Shown one piece after another: positions 11,619 through 22,552 of a DNA stretch of 64,000 bases. How positions within the stretch are numbered: the first letter of the stretch is position 1; every line of letters begins with the position of its first letter. The DNA is from an uncultured Nitrososphaeraceae archaeon. Its GTDB lineage: Archaea; Thermoproteota; Nitrososphaeria; Nitrososphaerales; Nitrososphaeraceae. A program made the translations under genes and the position numbers. The notes beneath the pieces were generated by a model. It saw only the letters and a program-made list of their open reading frames with translations. It was not told the DNA's origin and searched no databases. The stretch covers positions 96,001-160,000 of the forward strand of contig CAWGVG010000060.1 of assembly GCA_963825865.1 (NCBI GenBank), in the 5' to 3' direction.

Positions 11619-13447
11619 CTACTCCTTTCTTAGAAAGACTTTGATTATATTTCCAGCTAACATTGAGTTTATTATTTTTCTTCCATGTTCCGATCGCTTG
11701 TCAACCTTTATTCGAGACTTTCTTTCCTACCTGACTGCTAAGTATGAATTGATCCTCTATATATAAATCGACTATTTTTCCGATTATGTCCTCATCCAAT
11801 AGAATTGTAATAGCAGATCCAGCTTCGCTGATATCAAAATGGATTTCTTCGCCAAGTGCAGGAGTTTTAACTTCTATGTCAATATGGATTCCCAATATTT
11901 TTTCTAATTCTGCAACAGTAGACCCTCCTTTTCCAATTATTCTGGGGACGACATCTTTACTTACTCTTACTTGTACCTTGTTGTCAGATATTATATTGAT
12001 CTCGGCACTTGGATCGAATCTCCTTATTGTATCCTTGATTTTAGATTCAGCCAACTTTTTTATATTGCTCTCAGCTTGCGTTGTTTTACTTAATTCTGAC
12101 GTTGGAACGACAACATTCTCTTCTCCGTATGTATAGATTTCGTATTCAATTGCTCCAGTTTCAAAGTCGCGAACTTCTACTAGCGGTCTCGCTAAGTCTG
12201 CTTCAACCATTCCTGTTGGAACTTTCACAGTCAAAGATATATCATATACTTTATGGATACTGCCTTCCTTAACGAAAATAATTGTATCCAAAATGTGTGG
12301 TATCATACCTAATTCTACTTTGCCTATAAATCTTTGAATTGCATCAAGTGGACTACTTGCATGAATAACTCCAACCATCCCAACGCCAGCCAATCTCATA
12401 TCGGAAAAGACTTCGAAATCTTTTGTTCTCCTCACCTCATCAAATATCGTGTAGTCAGGACGCACTAACAACAAAATATCTATCGCATTTTCAAAGCTTC
12501 CTTCTAGTGGCCCATACTGTGTTACTTCCTCAGGAACCTGCAAATCTCTAGGAGATTCAAATGTTTTCACTATCTTTCCTTTATGAACATAGAACTCAGC
12601 AATGCTGCTTGCTAAGCGTACTTTTCCCAGAACCTGGAGGACCAGAAATTATTATACCCTCTGCTTTTCCTGATAATCTTTCCATTAATTTATCAGTAGT
12701 ATTATAATCATCTAATGATAGGTTTACTATCGGTTTAACTATTGTGATTTCAATTCCATCCGAAAATGGTGGCCGGGTAATCGCAATTCGAAACCTTCCA
12801 TACTGAATTACTGTTGCACCACTGCGGCTAATTTCTATAGATCCTTTTATTCTAGAGGCTTCTGAGATTTCTTTAATAATATTTGTAAGTTCAGTTCGGG
12901 TACATTTCTCTTCTTCCAATTTAAGAAGAACGAAATTACCTGGTTTTCCCCTTTTTGCCATAGGTGGTACGCCATCCTTTAAATGGACGCTCATAGTGTT
13001 TTCATCAAAGAACTTTTCAAATTCTAAATTAGTGGTCTTCGTCTGAGACCTTATATGTAGGGCTTGTACTCCTTGTGCCTCAGCTAGTTGAGCTTGAATG
13101 TAATCGGCTGTAATGAGCATAGCTCCTTCTTTCATTGCTACATCTTTTATTATGGCGTCAATTCTTCCATGTTTTGCTAAGCGTATATCATCAATACTAG
13201 GTCTTTCACCGACAAATCTCAGATCGATATTTTTACTTAAACATTGTTCTCTTATTTTCCTAATCTCGCTTAGCCCTACAAAGCCATGTTCCTTATTAGT
13301 GGATGCTTGGGATTGTAGTTCATCTAATACCGCTAAAGGAATTATAATTTCACTACCAGAATTAATACTATTTCCTGACTCGAGCAGTTTTGTAACCTCG
13401 CCATCAATTATTATACTAGTATCTAAGACAAATTTTTTTTTATCCAA
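11619..13447 (-). CDS. PIN-domain/ATPase/KH protein (PINA, MJ1533 family), frameshifts near 12610 and 11720
   Basis: FVLDTSIIIDG PIN domain, ISGPPGSGKST Walker A, RPDYTIFDEVR Walker B, IIGKGG KH domain. Confidence 0.92.
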
Positions 13448-13800
13448 CTGATATAGGAATACATTATTAGACTTAAAGTATTTTATCAATCAGAGGAAAT
13501 ACTAGTTAGATGAAGTGACTCTCCATTATTTTGGATATCTTCGTTATTGTTATTTTTATTAAAATAAATATAAATCACATCAGTTAAATATTGTAAAACT
13601 TTTGTTATTTATTTTTGATTAATCCAATCTTCAAGCGATATTGTAACTAAAAAATATGAACAGTGATGCCTTTGTATGTAATCGATTATTTAGAATCTAT
13701 ACTCAGTAATAGATAAATTATAGTATATTGGCTATTGTTTATGTACATAGATATATTATGTATGTATTATTGTCTATCCTATATCCTTTATTTTATTCAG

Positions 13801-15726
13801 CTACATTTTGTGAATTGGGGTGATCCCAAGCATGTTTAAAGTGATCTTTAAGGTTAAACCAAACGCTTTTACAAGCGCTAATCTTGCAGCCATAATTTCC
13901 TCGTTTTGTTCTTTCAAGACTGGTACTTTCTCATAAAATACATTGAAAGATGTCGCGAGCATATAGGTATATCGTGCAAGGAATTTTGGATTGAGTGTTT
14001 TGACAACCTCTTCTATAATAATGTCAAATTTTGATATTGCTTTAATGAGGTCAAGTTCTGATTCTGCAATCAATAAATCATATTTTGCTTTCGAAAAATT
14101 TTGAGCTGATTTTTCCAGAATGCGCTGTGATCTAGCATATGCATATTGCAAGTAAGGTGCAGTATCGCCTTCTAGACTAAGAGATTCTATAATATCAAAA
14201 GTGATTACCTTGTCTAAATCATGTTTGATCAAATTGTATCTGATAGCAGATACAGCAATTTCCTCTGCGATATCATTGCATATTTCCTCAGATAAATTCG
14301 GATTTCTCTGCTTGACTTCCTCATAAGCTTTTTCATGTAGCTTATCCAAAACATAATCTGCATCTACTTGAATGCCGGTTCTACCCGACATGTGTATAGA
14401 TTTTCTTTCTCCAATATCTAATCCAATCATTTTCGCAGTTTCAGAACTCAAGGTTATTGCTTCATAATTGAGATGATAATATTCATTGCTTTTTTCATTC
14501 AGATCAGACATAATTTTTGATATTATTCTCTGCAGTCTGGCTTGTCTAGAGTCAATTACAGTGATAGCAATTTCTGCCGAATTAAACTGTGGATGATTAT
14601 GCTGACTGCAGGCACTGTTAAGTGTTGTAGCCCAAAGGGTAGAATTATCCCATTGGTGTTTGAATTTATAGTATAAGAAAGGATCTTCAAGTATTCCTAA
14701 TTTCCAGGCAGCATATGGAATGTCTTTAGCAATATAGGTTGCAGTTCCATCGCTTCTTATGATTATCTTGTCATCTTCATGTTCTTGCTTTATTACCCAA
14801 CAGTCTTTGTTTTTCCCGCTAGTTTCTAGAGTAACAATTCCTTTATGTTTTAATAACTCAAAGGCTTTGATCCATAGTTTTGAAATAACAATATGTGATT
14901 CAAAATTCAATAAGTCGTAATGAGTCTTCATTCTCCAACAAGTCTTTAATTGCTCATTTAAAACTCGCACCGTAATTTCGGTGGCAAATTTGGCAATTTC
15001 TGAGGTACCTTCTTCGATTTCTCTCAGAACTAATCTCCTTTTTTCTTCGAGAGAAGGATCTTTTTTATATAATTCATTGATCTTTACATAAACTTCATTG
15101 CCACAATAATGGTCAAACTTGATAGATTTGTTCTGGGGTTCTAATGGAAATCCGGCAAACCTGAATCCAACTACAATATCTGCGACCTGTAAACCTGAAT
15201 CATCGATATAATTTAAAACTACAGTTCTGTGATTAGTAGCTTTCATTATTCTGTATATAATATCTCCTAGAATCACATTACGCATGTGACCTACATGTAA
15301 AGCCTTATTTGGATTGACACTTGTATGTTCCACTACGACGTATCGACTCTTTCCTATATCATAAAAACCGTAATTTGGATTCTCAAGAGCTCCCTTTAAC
15401 GTGATTGTTGCTAAATTTGCAAAGTTTGCTTTGAAATTGATATAACCTGAAGGATGAGACTGTATTGATAGAATAAGTGATAGAGAATTTTTCCTCTTCT
15501 TTTCGAGAAGATAGCAATTTAGCTGTTTTTCAATGATTTCATTTGCGATATCAAATGGTCGCCTTTTAATTTTTTTACTAATTTGAAATGCTACGTTGCA
15601 ACTCAGATCTCCATATTCCTTCCTAGGAGTCTCTGAAACATCAAAGTCTTGATCAGAGTAACCTAAATTTGCAAGAGCAACTGATACCGCCTCGCGTATC
15701 TCATTCACTAGAACTCGAAATGTCAT
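13801..15726 (-). CDS. argS: Arginine--tRNA ligase
   Basis: EHTSVNPNKALHVGHMRN (HIGH), RSDGTATYIAKDI, MSGRTG, GDTAPYLQYAYAR, FYEKVPVL. Confidence 0.97.
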   Translation of the reverse strand: MTFRVLVNEIREAVSVALANLGYSDQDFDVSETPRKEYGDLSCNVAFQISKKIKRRPFDIANEIIEKQLNCYLLEKKRKNSLSLILSIQSHPSGYINFKANFANLATITLKGALENPNYGFYDIGKSRYVVVEHTSVNPNKALHVGHMRNVILGDIIYRIMKATNHRTVVLNYIDDSGLQVADIVVGFRFAGFPLEPQNKSIKFDHYCGNEVYVKINELYKKDPSLEEKRRLVLREIEEGTSEIAKFATEITVRVLNEQLKTCWRMKTHYDLLNFESHIVISKLWIKAFELLKHKGIVTLETSGKNKDCWVIKQEHEDDKIIIRSDGTATYIAKDIPYAAWKLGILEDPFLYYKFKHQWDNSTLWATTLNSACSQHNHPQFNSAEIAITVIDSRQARLQRIISKIMSDLNEKSNEYYHLNYEAITLSSETAKMIGLDIGERKSIHMSGRTGIQVDADYVLDKLHEKAYEEVKQRNPNLSEEICNDIAEEIAVSAIRYNLIKHDLDKVITFDIIESLSLEGDTAPYLQYAYARSQRILEKSAQNFSKAKYDLLIAESELDLIKAISKFDIIIEEVVKTLNPKFLARYTYMLATSFNVFYEKVPVLKEQNEEIMAARLALVKAFGLTLKITLNMLGITPIHKM

Positions 15727-16438
15727 TCTTTGTTCTCATTCCTAGATAATTAAATGCAACAAAATCTATAGCATCTACTAGACCGTAGCCTTCTCTTCCT
15801 CTAACGACATGTTTCGCCTTAGATGTAATTTCATCATCTGTGTTACTCAGCGCAACACTATAGCCACAAATATCAAACATTGGAATATCGGTTTCACTAT
15901 CGCCTATTGCAATAGTCTCCGCGGGCTCGGTTTTTAATATCTTCAACGCTTCCTTTAGCCCGCTACCCTTATTCACTCCTTTTTCATTAATATGAAAAGC
16001 ATATTTGCTATCGTTAAGAGTAAGGTCTAAGTTATGTTCTTCTAAAATTTTGCGACCTTCTTTTATATCAAATGTTCTAAACAATACAATCTCTGTAAGT
16101 CTATTAAAGACAGGTTTAATTTGCACCTTATCAATACTTTTTTTTAATATTTCGTAACCTTTCAAACATTTTTCTTTACTGGCTAAAAGGATATGTTCTT
16201 GAGGTGCTATTGTTAGTGCCCCACCATTCTCTCCAACCGCGATCTTTGTAGTTCCTCCAAACACTGCAAGAATATAAGCTTCTACAGATGATCTTCCAGT
16301 GACATAAATTACGTTATATCCAAGTCTTTCAAGGTAGCGTAAATTTTCAATAGCAGGCAAATATACAATACCCCCACCGTCTTCTGTGAGGGTCCCATCA
16401 ATATCCACTGCAAAGGCTTTAATCGATTTCAAAAACAC
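15701..16438 (-). CDS. Phosphoglycolate phosphatase-like HAD hydrolase (Cof/SPP family)
   Basis: VDIDGTLT, VTGR, ENGG, KGSGL, IGDSETDIPMF. Confidence 0.9.
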   Translation of the reverse strand: MFLKSIKAFAVDIDGTLTEDGGGIVYLPAIENLRYLERLGYNVIYVTGRSSVEAYILAVFGGTTKIAVGENGGALTIAPQEHILLASKEKCLKGYEILKKSIDKVQIKPVFNRLTEIVLFRTFDIKEGRKILEEHNLDLTLNDSKYAFHINEKGVNKGSGLKEALKILKTEPAETIAIGDSETDIPMFDICGYSVALSNTDDEITSKAKHVVRGREGYGLVDAIDFVAFNYLGMRTKNDISSSSE

Positions 16439-16579
16439 TTGAGAGCAAAAATAGATTTTGAAATATAAGTGTAATGTAATCTGATGGATATATAATATAT
16501 GAAACAATGATAATAAAAAAAGTTACTGATCGGATTATTACTCTATGTGAAGATTCATTTAAAAGCATCGGGCAGTCAA

Positions 16580-17050
16580 TTATGCGTTTATTGATTGACT
16601 AATTTTTGGACTGTCATGTTTAGAGGATATCTGGGGTTCAACTTTTCGTTCAGTAAGTTTCCCTAACTGCCTGGTACTCTTAGTTCGCCTGTCAGTCAAT
16701 GATTTCTGTTTCTTGATCTTTACCTTAATCTTGAATCCGAATTGACTATTGTTACTCCACTTTTCAATGTCTTCTACATCCCCTGAACCAACTACCCTGT
16801 CGCCTTCATCCGTAACTACGGTAAAATCAGTTTTGTCGCCTTCCTTTATTATTGAAATCTTATCATAAAAGTGATGCCAATCGAGCGGATTTGTGACCAG
16901 AACTTCAACAGCAAGTACATCTCCCACACTCAGATCAGTTATATATGGCGATAAAATTTCTAGCTGGCACAGTTTAGCATACATCAACATAGAATGGAAT
17001 AAGTCGGATATATGACTTTGGGAATGTATTACTATATAAAAATAACTCAT
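16580..17050 (-). CDS. Hypothetical protein (true start probably downstream of 17050)
   Basis: 156-codon ORF with protein-like composition, no recognised motif. Confidence 0.55.
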   Translation of the reverse strand: MSYFYIVIHSQSHISDLFHSMLMYAKLCQLEILSPYITDLSVGDVLAVEVLVTNPLDWHHFYDKISIIKEGDKTDFTVVTDEGDRVVGSGDVEDIEKWSNNSQFGFKIKVKIKKQKSLTDRRTKSTRQLGKLTERKVEPQISSKHDSPKISQSINA

Positions 17051-17135
17051 TTAAGAATTTTGTTTATAATACATATTTAGTTATAATGAAACATAAAATC
17101 CTTACAGTTATATAATAAACAGAAAAAGCAAATTT

Positions 17136-17227
17136 GGGTCCGTCGCCCAGTCTGGACAGGGTGCTGATCTTTAAAAAGCACAAGCCTCCGAAGCCAGTTG
17201 TCGTGGGATCGAAGCCCACCGGGCCCG
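17136..17227 (+). tRNA. tRNA-Arg(CCG) with 17-nt intron at non-canonical position 29/30 (17167-17183)
   Basis: Acceptor GGGTCCG/CGGGCCC, D arm GCCC-AGTCTGGACA-GGGT, anticodon stem CTG|GC..GCCAG with loop CT-CCG-AA after removing the intron, T arm GTGGG-ATCGAAG-CCCAC; TATAATAAA about 20 nt upstream. Confidence 0.92.
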
Positions 17228-17635
17228 CTTCGACATTAGTTTTTAAAATGAGGCAGCTTGGTAGAAAGAGCACATATCCAAAAAACTCTTAACTTTTCAT
17301 CGGGGTCACATCTGAAGATTTGGTATATTAGTGGCTCGGAACATTGTTGATAGCCATATCATTGTTTATTCCTTTTTCTTCTTCCAATTTTTCCGTACTT
17401 TTTGCTTGCCGATCTAAGAGAACTGTAAGAATGTGTCTTATTGTTTGGACTTCTCGTCATCTATATAAGTTAAATATGAACCTGTTATTTCTGCTTTTTC
17501 TTGTTGAAAAGGAGCTGTACATACTATTTTGGAAATGACGTATCCTCTCTAGTTATCTTGCTCATTATGCATTGATAACAGCAATCGTTAGATAAGGAGC
17601 AATTTATTGAACTACTACTAGCAAGTCAGTTTTTT

Positions 17636-18064
17636 TCATGATTTATCAGTTATTATGTTTTGATTTTTTGTTGATGGTTCTGACTTTTGACGAAGTGAAA
17701 AATATTTCGTACCTTCCATTGCCATTATAGATTCTGATCTTTCTATAAATAATATATCTCTTTTCTCATCAATTAAATTGGAATCTGAATAATCCCCAGC
17801 CTTTAGCATATATAGATTATATTCTTTTTTGAGAGTTTCTGCAGTAGATCTATAAACAATCCAACTTTCTTGTGCCTTTGTTAATTGAAGAATGCCTGTT
17901 GCACCTACAATCATGCTGCCTAGAATAGACGAAATTATTCGTACAATGAGGTCATTGCCATCTACGACATTTACTATGGGAATTAATACACTAGCACCAA
18001 TTATCATAATCTGTAGTTTGTGGTATCTGTACATATTATCTTTAGCATTATTATTATACCAATT
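17636..18064 (-). CDS. DUF4231/SLATT-family two-TM protein, 5' end truncated or disrupted
   Basis: WYNNNAKDNMYRYHKLQ, two hydrophobic helices, then QESWIVYRSTAETLKKEYNLY..AGDY. Confidence 0.75.
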   Translation of the reverse strand, partial: NWYNNNAKDNMYRYHKLQIMIIGASVLIPIVNVVDGNDLIVRIISSILGSMIVGATGILQLTKAQESWIVYRSTAETLKKEYNLYMLKAGDYSDSNLIDEKRDILFIERSESIMAMEGTKYFSLRQKSEPSTKNQNIITDKS

Positions 18065-18392
18065 CTATTTCTTACACAAACAGCAGTAGTACTTAACCCT
18101 GGTTCCTAGTGCAAGAGTTCTGGACATGGCATCGAGTTGACAGGAGAAGTCCGGTCGATGCAAACTTGTACGTTAGCGCAAGTGAAGTTATTCATAGGGC
18201 AATGGGAAGCACTACGCTTTGATACTCGGTATGATATAGCAGTCGAGAGACTTAAGATGAACAACAGATTATCATCAACATTCTCTAGTCTACAAACAAA
18301 CTGCCTGCTCTGGTCAACAATACAAACGAGCAGTTTGACTTCAATTGATATATGCAAATACTTATATAAGTTGCAAAGGTCTTTTTCTGCAA

Positions 18393-18776
18393 ATGTCTTT
18401 AGAGGTTGTTAAATTGGAAGACCGCAATAACTCTCTCCTTAACAGGCGTGAAATTAAAGCAATCTTGAAAAATGCGGCAGGTAAAGTTAAGAGGGTTGAG
18501 GCTGCAGCTACACTCGCAAAACAGCTCGATATAGAAAGCAAGACAATAATTCCGATTAAAATGTCATGTGGGAATGGTACAACCGATGTTCATGCTACAT
18601 TTTATATTTACGGTAGTGAAGAAGCAAAGAAACAGCTCCCCCGTTACAGGCTGTTAAGAAATATGCCAAAGGCTGACAGAAAAAAATTGATAGATGAGGA
18701 GAAAGCTGCAAGGTTAAAAGCTAAACAGGCGTCTGCATCTGATTCAAAATCTGGCACCAAAAGGGGCCGCAAGTAG
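18393..18776 (+). CDS. rps24e: 30S ribosomal protein S24e
   Basis: NSLLNRREI motif; directly upstream of rps27ae. Confidence 0.88.
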   Translation: MSLEVVKLEDRNNSLLNRREIKAILKNAAGKVKRVEAAATLAKQLDIESKTIIPIKMSCGNGTTDVHATFYIYGSEEAKKQLPRYRLLRNMPKADRKKLIDEEKAARLKAKQASASDSKSGTKRGRK

Positions 18777-18778
18777 TA

Positions 18779-18994
18779 ATGGCAGATAAAAAGACGACAT
18801 CGAAAGGCGAAGTTTCTGTGTATAAATTCTATACTGTCAAGGATGACAGAATCACTAGAAGCAAACGTGATTGTCCAAGATGTGGCAAAGGTGTTTTTAT
18901 GGCAGAACATAAAGACAGACATACCTGTGGTAAATGTGGGTTTACCGAATTTGCACATAAAGAACAGTCAAAGAAGGTCAATAAGAAACAATAA
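18779..18994 (+). CDS. rps27ae: 30S ribosomal protein S27ae
   Basis: CPRCGKGVFMAEHKDRHTCGKCGFTEF zinc ribbon. Confidence 0.96.
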   Translation: MADKKTTSKGEVSVYKFYTVKDDRITRSKRDCPRCGKGVFMAEHKDRHTCGKCGFTEFAHKEQSKKVNKKQ

Positions 18995-18999
18995 CAACA

Positions 19000-20680
19000 T
19001 TAGCCAACGAAAGTTGTTAATTCCTTCTTTATCAGTTGACCTATTGCTGGAGTAAAAACAGGGTAGAATGATTGAACATAGTGTTTTGATTTGGCCAATT
19101 TTTTGACATGTTCAATCGTCCGGTCTTTTGAATAGCCTCGTAAGAATTCTTTTATTATCTGACTAGCCATGGCAGTGTTACCGGTTCTCTTCAGCCCATG
19201 GCTAATAAACTGAACAATATCCAAAACAGGATCACCTGATTTAAAACCAAACTGTTCACCGCCGGTGAAGTACAAATTATCTCTACTTATTATAAGATCC
19301 ATCGGCTTTAAGTTACCAAGAGTTGATTTATCTGCATGAATTTTTGCAATTTGTTCTCCTGCTACTCTAATCCATTCAAGGCCCTCAACGCTATTTCTTC
19401 TCAGACATTCTTTAGTTATATCCGCAATTGTTTTACCTTCTATAAATTCAGTAACGAGCATCTTCTTGTCTAAAATTACCGATTCAATAATTGGAGTATT
19501 CAGTCCTAAGCGGCGAATATACCTTAATGCTTTATATTCAGTTCCTAGTCTGAATAGAGGATCTATGCTGAATTGCCTAACCGGTGTAGTCCATATGCCC
19601 AGTCCTCTCCATTTTAGTCCTTTGGTTTTTGCAAGTTCCTTTACCACTATGATCTTGTTTTGAGTATTATCGTCAGGATTTGTCAAAGTGAGGGAAATAG
19701 TTCTGCTATTTAAATTTCCTAATCGACATTTATTTGAGATGAAATACTTTGAAAAACCATTAGACTTTGCTATTATTTTCAACCAATTCTTACTATCAAA
19801 GATAAGAACACCTTCCGGTATTTTCCAGTATAACTCCTTCGGGCATGACATAAATTTTGGCAATTCTATCGGAAATTCTTTCTGACGATTTATTTTTGAT
19901 TCGGCCTCCTTTACAGCATGATGGAACGCATGTCTACCAGCATACGCATGGACGAAATATGAAGCAATTTCTTGCAATTTCTTTGTGAGTTTCAAAGAAG
20001 CAACTTTTCGGTTTTTCTCCACTAGTACCCGTTTTTCAGATATTTGAAGTAGGTTATTAGGAGAAGGTCTAATTATTAATAATTCATTGTCTTCATCTAT
20101 TATTTCCTTCAATGCTCGTCGATAACCATCAAGCGCAAAGTCCTTATTACGAACGGAATTTTCTCCACAATACATTTTATAATAACTATAAATGGCATTT
20201 GGATATAAAATACTTCTATGTTTAATCTTTGAGAACATCACATATTCCAAAGGAAAGAAAATTTCTGTGCTGAAAATGTTTGTATCTTTAACAATATTAA
20301 ATATCTCCTCTAAGAGAACTCGTTTTTTGTAAGTTATTTCCAAGCCCCTAAATAATTCAGGATTGTAAATGGGCTCATAAGTATGCAATAAACGACCGAC
20401 TACAAAATCTCCAAGAAATGCAAATTCAGCATCTTTTTCTATTGATTTACGATCGACTACAAGTGCAGAAACTTCTATTTCTTCTTCTTTTAAATAAACA
20501 TACTTTATAATATATCCATAATTTTCCAGAACGACAATAATGTCAAAATCACTATTAGTACCGAGCATAACCCCCAACCTTTGAGCCATATAAGCAAGAC
20601 GCCACAACTCTATAGTTTTTAGCTGCCCTATTGATACAGTTTTTTATAATCTTTAGTTGTTCATGAGAAATACTAGACAT
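19000..20680 (-). CDS. Fusion of N-terminal Pol-beta-type nucleotidyltransferase and C-terminal Bud32/RIO-like kinase fold with degenerate catalytic motifs; frameshift near 20560
   Basis: Rejoined N-terminus MSSISHEQLKII...CLYGSKVGGYAR/TNSDFDIIVVL; C-terminal IVVKE, EYKAL..GLNTP, LVTEFIEG, IHADKSTLGNLKP. Confidence 0.75.
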
Positions 20681-21395
20681 AATGACTAGTTTTCTTTCGT
20701 GTTATTTTCCTGCTTTCGAATTCGATAACCCTTTCTTTTATTATATGATCTACTTCGAGATTAGCCATTAGTTCGATAGGTATTCTCATTATATTCATAT
20801 CAACTGGCACCGTACGAATAGGAAGATGTGTACCGATCCATTCTTTAACCACTTTGTCTTCTAATCTTAAATCTCTGAATCCTTCGGGAAATTTTTTGTT
20901 AATATGATCAATCAAGGTACTGTCTGATTTGAATACTACTCCAGCTTCTAATAAGTGATCAGAATCTTTACAATTTCCCTCAAACAGAGTGCCTGAAATT
21001 TCATCTGATATTACATTCATTTTTATAATCCTACTTATTAGATCCATATAATGCATAAATTCATGAGCCAAAACGGCGTGGATGCTTCCTAGCAAACCAT
21101 AAGCTATTAGTGGAGCAGTTATTTGAACAACAACATTTAGGCGATTGTCTTGATTTACTACAGGAATTGTCCTTGCAAACAAAATGCCGAATTGTGTAAA
21201 CTCTACTTCCGAAGTAGAAATGACAAGACTTGGTTCAACATAATAATAAGGATAATCCATTCCAGTAGCTTTTTCGATTCTCTTGACTCCATCTCTAATT
21301 ATGTGAAATCGATTTACTATTAGATGATATAACTTATCAGGAAGTCGTCCGGCGTCTCTAGCATCTTCTACTTTTTGTAGAGGATTAAAAACCAT
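20673..21395 (-). CDS. Hypothetical protein with HEXXH zincin-like motif
   Basis: IHAVLAHEFMHY; stop overlaps the start of the downstream gene. Confidence 0.75.
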   Translation of the reverse strand: MVFNPLQKVEDARDAGRLPDKLYHLIVNRFHIIRDGVKRIEKATGMDYPYYYVEPSLVISTSEVEFTQFGILFARTIPVVNQDNRLNVVVQITAPLIAYGLLGSIHAVLAHEFMHYMDLISRIIKMNVISDEISGTLFEGNCKDSDHLLEAGVVFKSDSTLIDHINKKFPEGFRDLRLEDKVVKEWIGTHLPIRTVPVDMNIMRIPIELMANLEVDHIIKERVIEFESRKITRKKTSHYV

Positions 21396-22552
21396 CTAAC
21401 TACTTTCACAACACTCTGATCTAAAAAAATGTTGCTGAATTCGTACGTCCAGAATATCAAAAAGCATACATTCAGATTTTGTACCAATGATTTCCGATAC
21501 ATTTGGTTCCGCGTATTCTTGACCGCCAACAAATTGCTTGATTAAGAGTCCACCGTCCGCAACTATAGTAAGAAAAAAGTGCCTATCATTAATTTTTCGG
21601 ACGCTGACAGAATATATTTTTTTTGTAACTATTTTAGATTTTATTCTGAACTTTACCAATGAATTGTTTAGAGCATTTAATTTTGTTAGCTCATTTTTCC
21701 TTAGCGGTTCATTGGATTGTACTAATATTTTAGTCTTCGTGACGAATAGAATCGGCGATTCTGGAATTTTTTTTGATTTTCCGTTAATGGTAGCATATAT
21801 GCCATCAGTACTGATTTTTATAACTTTCTTTAATATTCTAACTCTTGGATTTGAGATGCGTACAAAGAAAGGCCTGACCTGTACCCAAAACAAGGCTATT
21901 CTGGTCTTCGCTTCCTATCCACAGAAATTTTGCGTTCTCTCCCTTCGTTATTGATATTAGTTTTTTTGCAATAATGTCCTCAATACTGTGCTGTCCAGCT
22001 GAATCTCGAATAATCGCAATCAATCGATTCTTTGCCTTCACACTGTCTGTATTTACCCTGTTTTTGTGATAATCCTCGGCATTTTTTTATATATCTGCCA
22101 GTTAAAATTATAGGATAAGTCTTTTGAGATTATGTTGACATTTTTTTGATCGTCAATAATTAGGTTTATCGTAATATCTGGTATCAAATAGCCAACTTTT
22201 TTTTTTGTAATTTTTATAAATTTAATTCCGAGTTCTTTAGTGAGTTGTTTTTTGATACTTTCTTTTCCACGAATTTTGAACCTTGATCTAATCTGGTCTT
22301 CGCGCTCATAAAGCTGAGCAGGCAGAGAGGCTCCTAGCAAAAAAGTGTTAAATTCATACTTCTTCTCCACATTATCAATTATTTTTTCGATGATTGAATC
22401 TAATTGGCTCATAAGTCCACAACAGATATAGCACTTGTCTAAATTCCTTGCACATCCTTCCTTGACATAGGTTAATTGTCGGTCAAAACAATATTTGCAA
22501 AGACTGTAATGTTTTTTTAGCCGTTGGGCAAGTAATTCCTCGTATCGGGCAT
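21396..22552 (-). CDS. pus10: tRNA pseudouridine(54/55) synthase Pus10, several frameshifts
   Basis: N-terminal CKYC/CYIC zinc site, PDITI, WIGSED..SLVLG, RPF, ADGGLLIKQFVGG..EPNVSEI..FDILDV. Confidence 0.85.

Noticed and set aside
11619-13447. PIN domain as a VapC toxin of a toxin-antitoxin system
   Set aside because: It is fused to ATPase and KH domains, i.e. the conserved archaeal PINA housekeeping protein
17064-17273. 69-aa minus-strand ORF
   Set aside because: Antisense shadow of the tRNA-Arg gene
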